Below, in pieces: positions 49,696 to 60,874 of a stretch of DNA of 64,000 nucleotides. The stretch is from positions 17,964-81,963 of the forward strand of contig CBDDKD010000005.1 in the NCBI GenBank assembly GCA_965230025.1, read 5' to 3'. This DNA comes from Hyphococcus sp. GTDB lineage: Bacteria; Pseudomonadota; Alphaproteobacteria; Caulobacterales; Parvularculaceae. Position 1 is the first letter of the stretch; each line of letters opens with the position of its first letter. A model generated the notes under the pieces. The model saw only the letters and a program-made list of their open reading frames with translations, was not told the origin of the DNA and searched no databases. The position numbers and the translations under genes are program-made.

Positions 49696-51843
49696 ATGGA
49701 ACCCTTTGTCGTATTATTACCGCTGTTCGGCGCCATGCTGGCGATGCCGGTGGGGCGTGCTTTTGGTTCGCGCGCGGCTGAGCTGTTAACGACAGGACTG
49801 TTGCTGCTTGCCGCAATCTATTCATGGTTCCTGTTCTTTGATGTTGCGCTTGGCGGCAACGCCCGAACGATAACGCTGTTTGAATGGATCGGTTCGGGGA
49901 ATTTCTCAGCGGACTGGGCTGTGCGCCTCGATACGCTTTCAGCCGTGATGCTGATTGTTGTGAACAGCGTATCGTTCCTCGTGCATACTTATTCGATGGG
50001 CTACATGAAGGATTATGGCGAGCAGTCACGGTTCTTCGCCTATCTGTCGCTCTTCACCTTCGCGATGTTGACATTGGTGACTGCGGACAATTTCCTCCAG
50101 CTGTTCTTTGGGTGGGAGGGCGTTGGTCTCGCGTCCTATTTGCTGATTGGTTTCTGGTTCAAGAAGAAGTCCGCCAATGACGCGGCGATCAAGGCGTTTG
50201 TGGTCAACCGGGTGGGGGACTTCGGTTTCGCCCTTGGCATCATGTGCGTGTTCTACGTCTTTGGTTCGATCCAGTTCGATGAAGTGTTTCAGGCTGTCGC
50301 CTCGAACGCCGTCGTGACGCCATGGAATGCTGGCGCCGGCGCGCCGATTCAGGATCTGATGATCACCTTTCTCGGCGCTGAATATCATGCGCTGACGGTG
50401 ATTGGCGTTCTTCTGTTCATCGGCGCCATGGGTAAGTCGGCGCAGTTCTTCCTGCACACCTGGCTGCCGGATGCGATGGAAGGGCCGACGCCGGTTTCCG
50501 CGCTTATCCATGCGGCCACCATGGTGACGGCGGGCGTTTTTCTCGTCTGCCGCTGTTCGGTTATCTACGAATATGCGCCGAATGCAGCGGCGATGGTGAC
50601 GCTTGTCGGCGCAGTCACGGCGTTTTTCGCTGCGACTGTCGGGCTTCTTCAGGATGACATCAAAAAGATCGTCGCCTATTCGACGTGCTCTCAGCTTGGC
50701 TACATGTTCTTCGCCGCCGGCGTTGGCGCCTATGGCGCGGCGATGTTCCACCTCTTCACGCACGCCTTTTTCAAAGCGCTGTTGTTCCTTGGTTCCGGCG
50801 CGGTGATCATCGGCATGCATCACGAGCAGGACATCAAGAAGATGGGCGGTGTCAAAGAGCTGATGCCGTTTACGCATCTGCTGATGGTGATTGGCACGAT
50901 TGCGATAACGGGTGTCGGCATTCCCGGCTTTTATCTCTTCGGCGCGCCATTCGGGACGGCTGGATTTGTCTCCAAGGACATGATCATCGAAGGCGCATTC
51001 GCCGCCGGAGAAGCGGGCCGGGCGTTCGGCTATTTCGCTTTCGTGATGGGACTGCTGGCGGCGGTGATGACGGCGTTTTATTCCTGGCGGCTTATCTTTC
51101 TGACCTTCTGGGGGCCAAGCCGCGCGCCGGAACATATCCGCAAGCATCCGCACGCCGTGCCGGACACAATGATGATGCCGCTGGTGCCGCTGGCTATCGG
51201 CGCGCTTTTCGCCGGCATGGCGTTTTACGGACAGTTTGTCGGCGATAAGTCTGAAACATTCTGGAATGGCGCTCTTTACGCAGCTGAAGAACACCACGAG
51301 CCGGCGACTGAAGCGGACCATCTGAATTCTGAAGAACTGGCGGCATTACGAGCAGACGATCACGGCGAAGAAGACAGTCATGCGCAGGCCGGCGCCGCCG
51401 AGGCGCACGGAGCAGAAGAAGAGCACGACGAGGGCGGTCATCATGTGCCAACCTGGGTTTTGTGGGCGCCGTTCCTGGCGATGCTGACCGGAACGCTTGC
51501 CGCCGCCATGCACTATCTGAGCGGTGATCCACTAAAACCCGGCCTCTTGCGCCCGGGCGGCATGATCTACGCCTTCCTCAAAAACAAATGGTATTTCGAT
51601 GAGATTTACGACTTCCTGCTGGTGAAGCCGGCGATCGCGTTCGGCCGTTTCTTATGGAAAGACGGCGATGGCAAGACGATCGACGGCGTCGGTCCAGACG
51701 GTATCGCGGCGGCGGTGGCGGCGGGCGCGCGCCGGATCGTCAAGGTGCAGAGCGGTTATCTATATCACTACGCCTTCGCGATGCTGGTCGGCATCGCCAT
51801 CCTTGTCACATTCATTCTGATCAGAGCGGGGGGCGGGCAATAA
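49696..51843 (+). CDS. nuoL: NADH-quinone oxidoreductase subunit L
   Basis: [22 protein letters not shown] and [10 protein letters not shown]. Confidence 0.97.
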   Translation: MEPFVVLLPLFGAMLAMPVGRAFGSRAAELLTTGLLLLAAIYSWFLFFDVALGGNARTITLFEWIGSGNFSADWAVRLDTLSAVMLIVVNSVSFLVHTYSMGYMKDYGEQSRFFAYLSLFTFAMLTLVTADNFLQLFFGWEGVGLASYLLIGFWFKKKSANDAAIKAFVVNRVGDFGFALGIMCVFYVFGSIQFDEVFQAVASNAVVTPWNAGAGAPIQDLMITFLGAEYHALTVIGVLLFIGAMGKSAQFFLHTWLPDAMEGPTPVSALIHAATMVTAGVFLVCRCSVIYEYAPNAAAMVTLVGAVTAFFAATVGLLQDDIKKIVAYSTCSQLGYMFFAAGVGAYGAAMFHLFTHAFFKALLFLGSGAVIIGMHHEQDIKKMGGVKELMPFTHLLMVIGTIAITGVGIPGFYLFGAPFGTAGFVSKDMIIEGAFAAGEAGRAFGYFAFVMGLLAAVMTAFYSWRLIFLTFWGPSRAPEHIRKHPHAVPDTMMMPLVPLAIGALFAGMAFYGQFVGDKSETFWNGALYAAEEHHEPATEADHLNSEELAALRADDHGEEDSHAQAGAAEAHGAEEEHDEGGHHVPTWVLWAPFLAMLTGTLAAAMHYLSGDPLKPGLLRPGGMIYAFLKNKWYFDEIYDFLLVKPAIAFGRFLWKDGDGKTIDGVGPDGIAAAVAAGARRIVKVQSGYLYHYAFAMLVGIAILVTFILIRAGGGQ

Positions 51844-53420
51844 TGACGGAGAGTTTCGCCGGACAACCCTGGCTCAGCCTGATTACCTTCGCGCCTTTGT
51901 TTGGCGCCTTATGTATCATCGCTCGCCGTATGATGTCGCGCACCAATGAAAACGGCGCGATTGATGCAAATGAAGAAGCGCAGGTCGCCAACACTGCGCG
52001 TTGGGTCGCGCTTGGCATAACGTCGCTTACCTTTGTCGTGTCGCTTGGCGTTTATGCGCTCTACGACACATCGCTCGCCGGCTATCAACTGGTGGAGCAG
52101 GTCGACTGGCTCGGCGGCGGCATCAGCTACAAGATGGGTGTCGACGGGATTTCAATCCTGTTCGTTTTGCTGACCACCTTCATCATGCCGATCTGCATTC
52201 TGGCTTCGTGGGATTCCATCAAAACCCGCGTCGCCGATTACATGATCGCGTTTCTGGTTCTGGAAACCCTGATGATCGGCGTTTTCTGCGCGCTGGATCT
52301 GTTTCTCTTCTACTTCTTCTTCGAAGGAAGCCTCATCCCGATGTTCCTGATCATCGGTGTCTGGGGATCAAAGGGAACGAAAGAATTCGCCGGCATTGTC
52401 ATGCCAAGCCGTGTCTATGCGGCGCTAAAATTCTTCCTTTATACATTACTGGGTTCGCTGTTGCTGCTGGTGGCGATGGCGTGGATGTACGCTGAAGCTG
52501 GCACCACGGATATTCCTGCGTTGCAGAATTATGAGTTTGCCGCCGGGGCGCAAAAGTGGCTGTGGCTTGCGTTCTTTGCGTCGTTCGCCGTCAAAATGCC
52601 TATGTGGCCGGTGCACACCTGGCTGCCCGATGCGCATGTTCAGGCGCCGACCGCAGGCTCCGTTGTCCTTGCAGCAATCTTGCTGAAAATGGGCGGCTAC
52701 GGATTTTTGCGCTTTTCGTTGCCGATGTTCCCGATCGCCAGCCTTGACTTTGCGCCGCTGATTTTTGCGCTGTCGATCGTCGCGATCATTTACACCTCCC
52801 TCGTCGCGCTGGCGCAGGAGGATATGAAAAAGCTCATCGCCTATTCGTCTGTGGCCCATATGGGCTTCGTAACGATGGGGATATTCACCGGCACCAAGCA
52901 GGGGATCGAGGGCGACCTTTTCCAGATGCTCTCCCACGGTTTTATTTCCGGTGCGCTCTTTTTGTGTGTCGGCGTTGTCTATGACCGAATGCATACACGC
53001 GAAATCGCGGCCTATGGCGGGCTTGTCCATCGTATGCCGCTCTATGCGTTTTTGTTTCTCTTCTTCACGCTGGGTAATGTGGGCCTGCCGGGAACCAGCG
53101 GTTTTGTTGGTGAGATTCTCGCCATGACCGGCGCCTTCAAGGTTAATAGCTGGATCGCCTTCTTTGCTGCGTTTGGCGTGATCCTGTCGGCGGCCTATGC
53201 GCTGCGTCTTTACCGTCAGGTGATCTATGGCGACCTCACAAAAGAGGCGCTGATGGCGATCCCCGATGTAGATCGCCGGGAGCTTGGTTCGCTTGCTGTC
53301 TTGATGTTCTTTGCGCTCCTGCTCGGCTTCAATCCGGGCCCAGCGTTATCCGTATTCAGCCCAGCGGTGGACTTGGTGATTGAAAATTACAATACGGCGA
53401 TCGCCGGGGCAGTGAACTGA
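51843..53420 (+). CDS. nuoM: NADH-quinone oxidoreductase subunit M
   Basis: [20 protein letters not shown]; ATG coupled to the nuoL stop. Confidence 0.97.
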   Translation: MTESFAGQPWLSLITFAPLFGALCIIARRMMSRTNENGAIDANEEAQVANTARWVALGITSLTFVVSLGVYALYDTSLAGYQLVEQVDWLGGGISYKMGVDGISILFVLLTTFIMPICILASWDSIKTRVADYMIAFLVLETLMIGVFCALDLFLFYFFFEGSLIPMFLIIGVWGSKGTKEFAGIVMPSRVYAALKFFLYTLLGSLLLLVAMAWMYAEAGTTDIPALQNYEFAAGAQKWLWLAFFASFAVKMPMWPVHTWLPDAHVQAPTAGSVVLAAILLKMGGYGFLRFSLPMFPIASLDFAPLIFALSIVAIIYTSLVALAQEDMKKLIAYSSVAHMGFVTMGIFTGTKQGIEGDLFQMLSHGFISGALFLCVGVVYDRMHTREIAAYGGLVHRMPLYAFLFLFFTLGNVGLPGTSGFVGEILAMTGAFKVNSWIAFFAAFGVILSAAYALRLYRQVIYGDLTKEALMAIPDVDRRELGSLAVLMFFALLLGFNPGPALSVFSPAVDLVIENYNTAIAGAVN

Positions 53421-54862
53421 TGGGGATTTTCGAGACACTGTCCTTTACGTTTCCGGAACTCGCGCTGGCGATTGGCGCGATGGCGCTTTTGATCGCCGGT
53501 GTCTTCCTCGGCGATAAATTCGCCAAGCAAATCTCTTATGCCTGCGTTGCGCTTTTGATAGCAGCGGTTGCGCTGGTTATCTTTGGCCCGTCGGCATCGC
53601 AGCCGAGCCTTTTTGACGGCGCGTTCCGCATCGACGCCTTTTCCGATTTTTGCAAGGTGATCATTTTTGGTGCGGCGGCGTTGGCTATCTTGATGTCCGA
53701 CCGATATCTCGCTGGCGAAAAGCTCGGTCGGTTTGAATATCCAGTTCTTATTGTTCTGGCCGCCTTCGGCATGTCGCTGATGGTGTCCGCGACGGATTTG
53801 ATTTCGCTCTATATGGGCGTTGAGACGCAAAGCCTGGCGCTTTACATCCTGGCGGCGTTCAATCGCGACAGTCGCCGCTCAACCGAAGCGGGCCTTAAAT
53901 ATTTCGTGCTTGGCGCCTTGTCGTCGGGGCTCCTTCTTTATGGCGCCTCGCTGGTTTATGGCTTCACCGGTTCGACGTCTTTTGTAGCAATTGCAGAAGC
54001 TGCATCTGCCGAAGGTCAAAATGTCGGGCTCATTATCGGGCTTGTCTTTTTGATTTCAGGACTGGCGTTCAAGGTATCCGCTGCGCCGTTCCATATGTGG
54101 ACGCCGGATGTCTACGAAGGCTCGCCGACACCGGTGACGGCGTTCTTCGCCGCCGCGCCAAAACTTGCGGCGATGGCGCTCTTCACCCGCGTTCTGACGA
54201 CGTCGTTTTCCGGCGTTCTCACCGACTGGCAACCGGTAATCGCCATGATCGCTGTCGCCTCCATGACCGTTGGCGCATTTTCAGCGATCCCGCAAACCAA
54301 TGTGAAGCGCCTGATGGCCTATTCCTCCATCGGGCATATGGGCTACGCCCTGATTGGCCTTGCGGCGGGCTCGTCCGAAGGCGTAAGGGCCGTCTTAATT
54401 TATATGACGATCTACGTGCTGATGACGCTAGGGACTTTCGCCGTGATTTTGATGATGCGCAGGCGCGGCGGGATGACCGAAAACATCAGCGATCTTGCGG
54501 GCCTGTCGAGAACGAACATGCCCATGGCGCTGATCCTGACCGTATTGCTGTTTTCATTGGCCGGCGTGCCGCCGACGGCGGGTTTCTTCGGCAAATGGTT
54601 TGTCTTTTTCGCTGCCGTTGATGCGGGTCTGATCTGGCTTGCGGTTGCTGGTGTGTTCGCGAGCGCCATCTCGGCGTTTTACTATCTGCGCATTGTCTGG
54701 TTCATGTGGTTTGATGAGCCTGCGCCGGCGTTTGAACGCGATAGCGGACCGGCGTTGACATTCGCCGCATGGGGATCAGCTCTGTTGATGTTCCCGCTAC
54801 TGACTGTCTTCATGGGTCCTTTGACCCAGGCGGCGGGGCGCGCTGCGGCGTCTTTGTTCTAG
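53420..54862 (+). CDS. nuoN: NADH-quinone oxidoreductase subunit N
   Basis: EAGLKYFVLG and PFHMWTPDVYEGSP. Confidence 0.97.
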   Translation: MGIFETLSFTFPELALAIGAMALLIAGVFLGDKFAKQISYACVALLIAAVALVIFGPSASQPSLFDGAFRIDAFSDFCKVIIFGAAALAILMSDRYLAGEKLGRFEYPVLIVLAAFGMSLMVSATDLISLYMGVETQSLALYILAAFNRDSRRSTEAGLKYFVLGALSSGLLLYGASLVYGFTGSTSFVAIAEAASAEGQNVGLIIGLVFLISGLAFKVSAAPFHMWTPDVYEGSPTPVTAFFAAAPKLAAMALFTRVLTTSFSGVLTDWQPVIAMIAVASMTVGAFSAIPQTNVKRLMAYSSIGHMGYALIGLAAGSSEGVRAVLIYMTIYVLMTLGTFAVILMMRRRGGMTENISDLAGLSRTNMPMALILTVLLFSLAGVPPTAGFFGKWFVFFAAVDAGLIWLAVAGVFASAISAFYYLRIVWFMWFDEPAPAFERDSGPALTFAAWGSALLMFPLLTVFMGPLTQAAGRAAASLF

Positions 54863-54865
54863 CGG

Positions 54866-55618
54866 ATGAAGGTCTTCCCCTCCGGCGCGGCGTTTCAGGT
54901 TTTTGATACGCTCGATTCAACAAGTCTGGAAGCGAAGCGACGGGCGCAGGCTGGCGAGACAGGTCCTTGCTGGATTATTGCGATACGCCAGACGGCCGCT
55001 TACGGTCGCCGCCAGCGCGCATGGCGACAGGAGGTGGGGGATCTTGCATCAACATTGTTGTTTTCGCCAACTGGGCCTGTCGAGAGCCTTGGTCAATTGT
55101 CATTTGTTTCGTCCCTGGCCTTGGCTAACGCGCTCGATGAATATGCGTCGAGTGATCAGATCACGCTGAAATGGCCAAATGATGTGATGCTCGGCAAATG
55201 CAAATGCGCCGGAATCCTGCTTGAGAATCTTGATGGTAAGATCGCGATCGGGATCGGCGTGAACATAGTGACGGCGCCGGATGATTTGCCTTATCCGGCT
55301 GCGCGCCTGATCGATTTCGCGCCGGCCCCGCCGCCACAGGAATTAGCGGGACGCATCGACAGCCATTTCTTCGCACTGTACCACCGATGGCGTGATAAAG
55401 GTTTCGCCCCTATTCGCGAGCGCTGGCTGGCTCGGGCCACAGGGCTGGGGGAGGAGATCACGGTGCGCCTGCCAAATGAGGAATTCAGCGGGGTGTTCGA
55501 GGGGATCGATAACGGCGGCGGATTGCTCTTGCGCTCCGGCGATGGAAGGCGGACTGTCGCTGCTGGTGAAGTGTTTTTTGGGCGTGATACGATAGCGGAA
55601 GACGCCGCCAGAAACTAG
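54866..55618 (+). CDS. birA: Biotin--[acetyl-CoA carboxylase] ligase
   Basis: [19 protein letters not shown]. Confidence 0.95.
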   Translation: MKVFPSGAAFQVFDTLDSTSLEAKRRAQAGETGPCWIIAIRQTAAYGRRQRAWRQEVGDLASTLLFSPTGPVESLGQLSFVSSLALANALDEYASSDQITLKWPNDVMLGKCKCAGILLENLDGKIAIGIGVNIVTAPDDLPYPAARLIDFAPAPPPQELAGRIDSHFFALYHRWRDKGFAPIRERWLARATGLGEEITVRLPNEEFSGVFEGIDNGGGLLLRSGDGRRTVAAGEVFFGRDTIAEDAARN

Positions 55619-55626
55619 GAAGATAT

Positions 55627-56406
55627 ATGCTGCTCGCGATTGATGTCGGCAATACGAATTCGGTGATTGCGTTGTTTGATCATGACAAGCCGCTTTCCCA
55701 ATGGCGCTCGTCTACCTCAACCGTGCGTACCGCCGATGAGTACGCCGTCTGGCTCTCTCAATTGATGGGCATGGCCGGGCATAAGCTGTCCGATATTCAT
55801 GAATGCATTATCTCGACGGTGGTGCCGCAGTCGCTGTTCCATCTGCGCAATCTGTCGCGGCGTTATTTCAACTGCGAGCCGTTTGTCATTGCGCATGACA
55901 ATATTCCCGGTGTCGCCGTGCGCATCAACAAGCCATCTGAAGCGGGTGCGGACAGGCTGGTGAACGCGGTTGGCGCTTATACGTCGCATGGCGGACCGCT
56001 TATCGTTGTCGATTCCGGTACGGCGACAAATTTCGATATTGTCGGTGCTGACGGCGCTTTTGAAGGCGGGGTCATTGCGCCCGGCATCAATCTTTCCATG
56101 CAGGCGCTGCATGAGGCGGCGGCGCGGCTGCCGCGCATCGCTATCGAAAGACCGGAAAAGGTCATCGGCACGGACACGGTCGGCGCGATGCAGACCGGTG
56201 TCTATTGGGGCTATATCAGCCTGATTGAAGGGCTGATCGAGCGAATTAAGGCCGAATACGGATCGCCAATACGGGTTGTGGCGACGGGCGGCATCGCCTC
56301 CCTGTTTGAGGGCCAGACAAAAGCCATCGACATTTTCGATCATGAATTGACCATCAACGGGCTGCTTGAAATCAGTAAGCGCATTAAATCTTCAGGCGCT
56401 GCCTGA
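55627..56406 (+). CDS. coaX: Type III pantothenate kinase
   Basis: DVGNT, GADR, DSGTAT. Confidence 0.95.
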   Translation: MLLAIDVGNTNSVIALFDHDKPLSQWRSSTSTVRTADEYAVWLSQLMGMAGHKLSDIHECIISTVVPQSLFHLRNLSRRYFNCEPFVIAHDNIPGVAVRINKPSEAGADRLVNAVGAYTSHGGPLIVVDSGTATNFDIVGADGAFEGGVIAPGINLSMQALHEAAARLPRIAIERPEKVIGTDTVGAMQTGVYWGYISLIEGLIERIKAEYGSPIRVVATGGIASLFEGQTKAIDIFDHELTINGLLEISKRIKSSGAA

Positions 56407-58067
56407 TGGTGAAACAGGACCTTGTGTTTTTACCGCTTGGCGGCTCTGGCGAGATCGGCATGAACATGAACCTTTACGGGTTCGGCCGCCCCGCTAACCG
56501 TCAGTGGTTGATGATCGATTGCGGTGTGATGTTTGGCGACCTGTCGACACCCGGCGTTGATCTGATGTGCGCGGACCCGTCCTATATTCTGGAGGAAAAA
56601 GAAAATCTTCTTGGGCTGCTGCTGACCCACGGGCATGAAGACCATATCGGCGCTGTCGCGCTGCTGGCGAAAAAGCTCGGCTGTCCGATCTACGCAACGG
56701 CGTTCACGGCGGCGCTTGTGCAACGCAAGTTTGATGAGCTTGAGATCACTCACGCTGACTTTCATATTCTTGAAATGGATGCGCGCTTTTCGCTTGGTCC
56801 GTTTAATATTGAATATGTAACGCTCACCCATTCGATCCCGGAGCCCTGCGGCGTTGTCCTGCGCACTGAATTGGGGACTGTTCTCCACACCGGAGACTGG
56901 AAAATTGACCGTACGCCGTCACTGGGGCCAAAGGTCGATAGCGCCGCAATCAAGAAACTTGGCGATGACGGCCTCCTCGCAATGATTTGCGATTCCACGA
57001 ATGTGCTTTCGCCGGGCGAGTCGGGGTCGGAAACCGATGTGCGCAAGTCGCTGACCAGGCTTATCGCCAAACAGGACGGCCGCGTTGCAGTGACGACCTT
57101 CGCGTCGAATGTCTCGCGGGTGGTTTCTATTTGCGAAGCCGCTGTCGCCGCTGATCGCAGCGTTTGTCTGTTAGGGCGGTCGATGCTGCGTATCGTTGAT
57201 GCGGCGCGCGAAACCGGTCTGCTGCCTGAACACCTTTCCTTCGTTGAGCCGAAAGACGCCGGCCATCTGCCGCGACGGCATGTCTTGTATTTGTGCACCG
57301 GCAGTCAGGGCGAGTATCGCGCGGCGCTGGCGCGAATCGCCAGAAACGATCACCGTGATATTGTCTTGAGTGAGGGCGATACGGTCATTTTCTCGTCGAA
57401 AATTATTCCGGGAAATGATCGCGAGATTTATAATCTGCAAAACGATCTGGTCGATCTCGGCGTTAAAGTGATCACGGAAAAAGATGAGTTCGTTCATGTC
57501 TCCGGCCATCCTTGCAGGGATGAATTGCGCACCATGTATGACTGGGCGCGCCCGAAAATTTCGATCCCGGTGCATGGGGAAGCTCGCCATCTTGAAGAAC
57601 ACGCCGATTTGGCGCTGGAGCTGGGTGTCGAAGATGCGTTTGCGCCGCGCAATGGGGATCTTATCCGGATTGCGCCGGATGGACCGGAACTGATCGATGA
57701 GGTCCCGGCGGGCCGAATTTATCTCGACGGCAAGGTGTTCATGCCCGCTGGGGCGACGCCGATGCGCGAGCGGCGTAAATTATCTGAGACCGGCGCCATC
57801 TTTGTTTCTGTCGTGTTCAATGCAAGCCAGCAGCTTTCGCGTGAAATCGGCGTTGACGGTTCTGGCGTGGTGTTCGGTGAAGATCAGGATGCGACAGACT
57901 ATGATGCTTTGGCTGGCGAGATTGAGGATGCGGTGATGTCGCTCAAGGCGGCGAAGCGAAAGGATGATGATGCGGTCGAGCTTGTCATCAAGCGCGCCGT
58001 GCGCATTTATTTTGACGATGTGTGGGGCAAGCGCCCGCTCATCAAAACGTTCATTCATCGGAATTAG
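56406..58067 (+). CDS. rnj: Ribonuclease J
   Basis: PLGGSGEIGMN, THGHEDHIG, HVSGH. Confidence 0.95.
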   Translation: MVKQDLVFLPLGGSGEIGMNMNLYGFGRPANRQWLMIDCGVMFGDLSTPGVDLMCADPSYILEEKENLLGLLLTHGHEDHIGAVALLAKKLGCPIYATAFTAALVQRKFDELEITHADFHILEMDARFSLGPFNIEYVTLTHSIPEPCGVVLRTELGTVLHTGDWKIDRTPSLGPKVDSAAIKKLGDDGLLAMICDSTNVLSPGESGSETDVRKSLTRLIAKQDGRVAVTTFASNVSRVVSICEAAVAADRSVCLLGRSMLRIVDAARETGLLPEHLSFVEPKDAGHLPRRHVLYLCTGSQGEYRAALARIARNDHRDIVLSEGDTVIFSSKIIPGNDREIYNLQNDLVDLGVKVITEKDEFVHVSGHPCRDELRTMYDWARPKISIPVHGEARHLEEHADLALELGVEDAFAPRNGDLIRIAPDGPELIDEVPAGRIYLDGKVFMPAGATPMRERRKLSETGAIFVSVVFNASQQLSREIGVDGSGVVFGEDQDATDYDALAGEIEDAVMSLKAAKRKDDDAVELVIKRAVRIYFDDVWGKRPLIKTFIHRN

Positions 58068-58069
58068 CC

Positions 58070-58315
58070 ATGACCATTGCAGGCGGCGTTGTTATTTTCA
58101 TCATCTGGTGGTGGGTGGTGTTTCTGGCTGTGCTGCCGCGAAATATTCAAAGCCGCTGGGAAGCTGAAGACGACGGCGTCAAAGGGGCCGATCCGGGCGC
58201 GCCTGTTTCGCCGCAACTTGGCAAGAAGGCGGTGCTGACGACAAAAATCACCGCGGGGCTGACGGCCATAACGATCGCCATCATCATGAGTGGCATTTTT
58301 AATTTTCGCGAATAG
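58070..58315 (+). CDS. DUF1467 family protein
   Basis: FIIWWWVVFLAVLP...GADPGAP; usual position after rnj. Confidence 0.85.
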   Translation: MTIAGGVVIFIIWWWVVFLAVLPRNIQSRWEAEDDGVKGADPGAPVSPQLGKKAVLTTKITAGLTAITIAIIMSGIFNFRE

Positions 58316-58401
58316 CGCTTCGCAACGCCTTGCCAAAAACATAAGGCTCGCCTAGCAACGGCCCGCAGATCAGCAAATTTTGTTCGCGAAGGGAGGGGTT
58401 T

Positions 58402-59865
58402 ATGAGTGATACATCGCACCTTGAGCCCCCCGAAGAGGATGGGGCGTCGGTCGACGACTCCGAAGACACGCAGTTTGCAAAAGACCAGACGCTGTCTGCG
58501 GAATTCGTCCGCTCCGTATCGGATGTCATCGGCGCCAAAGACGCCGAAGGGTTTGAGTTCCTGACCCAGGAGCTTCATCCGGCGGATATCGCCGACCTTA
58601 TTGGTTTGCTGCCTGATGATGAACGCCAGGCGATGTTTGAAATGCTTGGCGGATCGCTGCCGTCGGATGTGCTGGCCGAGCTTGATGATGATCTGCGCGA
58701 AAGCGTCGTTGATGCGCTGGACCCTGAAGAAGTCGCCAAGGCGCTTTCGGAACTCGATACGGACGACGCAGCCTTTGTGCTGGAAGACCTGGACGAAGAA
58801 AAACGCGCGGAGATTCTGGCGGAGGTGCCTCTTGACGACCGGCTCGCTCTGCGCGCTGCGCTTGATTACGAGGAAGACACTGCAGGGCGTCTTATGCAGC
58901 GCCAGTTTTTCGCGGCGCCGGCCTATTGGACCGTCGGTCAGATCATTGATCGCTTACGCGGCACCGAAGAACTTCCTGACCGGTTTTTTGAAGTCTTTGT
59001 CGTTGATCCTGCGTTCAAGCCGATCGGCGAAGTGCCGCTGTCGACGCTTCTGAAGTGTCCGCGCGAGACTAAAATCGAAGATATCATGTCAGCGCAGATG
59101 ATGCGGCAGATTCCGGTCACCATGGACCAGGAAGAAGTCGCCTATCTTTTTGAACAGTACAATCTCATCTCCGCGCCGGTCGTGGACGTGTCCGAACGAC
59201 TGGTCGGTATGATTACGGTTGATGACGTTGTTGAAATGGTGCGCGAGGAATCCCAGGAAGACATGCTCGCGCTTGGTGGCGTTGAAGCCGATACCGGCTT
59301 GTCCGATACGGTTGTTCAGACTGTTCGCTCCCGGTTTTCATGGCTCGCTGTCAATCTTGCGACCGCCATCATGGCGTCGCTTGTGATTGCCCTGTTTGAC
59401 GCCGCGATCGGCCAGATTGTCGCGCTTGCGGTCCTGATGCCCATTGTCGCCAGCATGGGCGGCAATGCTGGAACGCAAACGCTGACCGTTGCGGTGCGAT
59501 CACTAGCCACGAAAGACTTAACCTCGTCGAATGCGGCGCGCATTGTCTATCGCGAAGCGCTGGTCGGATTTCTTAACGGATTGATCTTTGCCCTGATTAT
59601 GGGCGCGCTTGCTGGCGTCTGGTATTTCGCCAGCGGCTGGGGCGATCAGCAGGAGGCCATCCGGTTGGGTGGAGTTGTCGGCGTGGCGATGATTATCAAT
59701 CTGCTGGCTGCGGGTCTCGCCGGCATTCTCGTGCCGATCAGCTTGCAACGCGCTGGCGCCGATCCGGCGGTGTCGTCCGCTGTCTTCGTCACGACCGTGA
59801 CGGATATTGTCGGGTTCTTTGTTTTCCTGGGGCTCGCCGCAGCAGTATTGTTACCCTCCGTCTAA
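58402..59865 (+). CDS. mgtE: Magnesium transporter MgtE
   Basis: LHPADIA, CBS domains, PIVASMGGNAGTQ, DPAVSS. Confidence 0.96.
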   Translation: MSDTSHLEPPEEDGASVDDSEDTQFAKDQTLSAEFVRSVSDVIGAKDAEGFEFLTQELHPADIADLIGLLPDDERQAMFEMLGGSLPSDVLAELDDDLRESVVDALDPEEVAKALSELDTDDAAFVLEDLDEEKRAEILAEVPLDDRLALRAALDYEEDTAGRLMQRQFFAAPAYWTVGQIIDRLRGTEELPDRFFEVFVVDPAFKPIGEVPLSTLLKCPRETKIEDIMSAQMMRQIPVTMDQEEVAYLFEQYNLISAPVVDVSERLVGMITVDDVVEMVREESQEDMLALGGVEADTGLSDTVVQTVRSRFSWLAVNLATAIMASLVIALFDAAIGQIVALAVLMPIVASMGGNAGTQTLTVAVRSLATKDLTSSNAARIVYREALVGFLNGLIFALIMGALAGVWYFASGWGDQQEAIRLGGVVGVAMIINLLAAGLAGILVPISLQRAGADPAVSSAVFVTTVTDIVGFFVFLGLAAAVLLPSV

Positions 59866-59884
59866 AAACTGACGGAGATAGCCG

Positions 59885-60453
59885 CTAGCGGCGGCGCGTG
59901 CTTAGCCAATAAGCGCCAAGCCCCGCCAGCAGGATCACGATAACGCCAGGTTCCGGGACTTCCATGGGCGGCTCTTCCGGGCCCGGCGGACCAGGAGGGC
60001 AATCCGGATTGGGCGTGTCATCGTCGTCATCGCAGGGAATTGGCGGTGGCGGTATTAACACCGGCGGGATATAGGGCGGCGGCGGCCCAAAAAAGTCATC
60101 TGGCCAATAAACCGGATTCTCAGGCGGAAAAGCCGGCGCAGGCACAGGCGGCTGCGATGCAAGCGGTGCGGGAACCCGCCCGGTTTCAACTGGCGCAACC
60201 GGATTATAACCGGCGATGCGCAGTGGAACGGGGCGGGTCGTCAAAAAGAATTACTGGCGGCCCTCCCGGAGCCTTTGCCGTCGCAACAACCGCAGCTGAT
60301 CACGATATCGTTCCGGATATCGCCGACTGCGCGGGACAGCCACGCCTCATAGTCTTCCGACGAATCGCCTCGGCCGCCACCGAATCCGCCAGTCCAGATT
60401 ATCGCAAAAGCGAGGATTGCGGCGGCGATGATATTGGATAACCCATTACCCAT
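59885..60453 (-). pseudogene. Pro-rich PEP-CTERM protein split by a frameshift
   Basis: The signal-like N-part (60453-60241) and the C-part (60244-59885, ending VPEP-TM-RRR) fuse if one T is added to the T5 run at 60243-60247. Confidence 0.7.
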
Positions 60454-60552
60454 GATACTACCTCTTGCGCCCCAGCATTCCCCCAATGTGGCGAATGACG
60501 CCTGAGCGGACAGCGCTGCATTGGAGCGAATACAGCACCGCGATTGACTATC

Positions 60553-60568
60553 CCAAGTCTCGTGCCAA
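60553..60568 (-). promoter_or_regulatory. Sigma-54-like -24/-12 promoter for the PEP-CTERM gene
   Basis: TTGGCACGAGACTTGG: GG-N10-GG, with one mismatch at -12. Confidence 0.5.
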
Positions 60569-60874
60569 GCCTCAAGGCTGGCGAGAGTCCGGAAATAAAT
60601 ATGAGATTCAATAGCTTACTGACAGGCGCATCATATATCCTGTTGATCTACCAGGCGCCAATCCTATCATGAAATGGACCGATCCGGGCCAGTGTCGCCG
60701 ATTTGTGCAGATTTGACACAGAATATAGCTGCGCACAGGGGAAGAGCCGCTAGCGGCTACCAAAACCCTGTTCATCATGCTATTTAAATCGTTAACGAGG
60801 CGCGTTGGGGGCCGTTGTTCGGCTGAGAAGCGGCGGTTTTACCGCCCAAGTGTAACGAGGGGTGTGCGGGTCTG

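Noticed and set aside
52911-52916. Asp in Nuo[10 protein letters not shown] where Ala is usual
   Set aside because: A single-base difference that cannot be distinguished from sequencing error or tolerated variation.
60784-60796. CtrA box upstream of spmX
   Set aside because: The TTAA half-sites are 4 nt apart, not 7.
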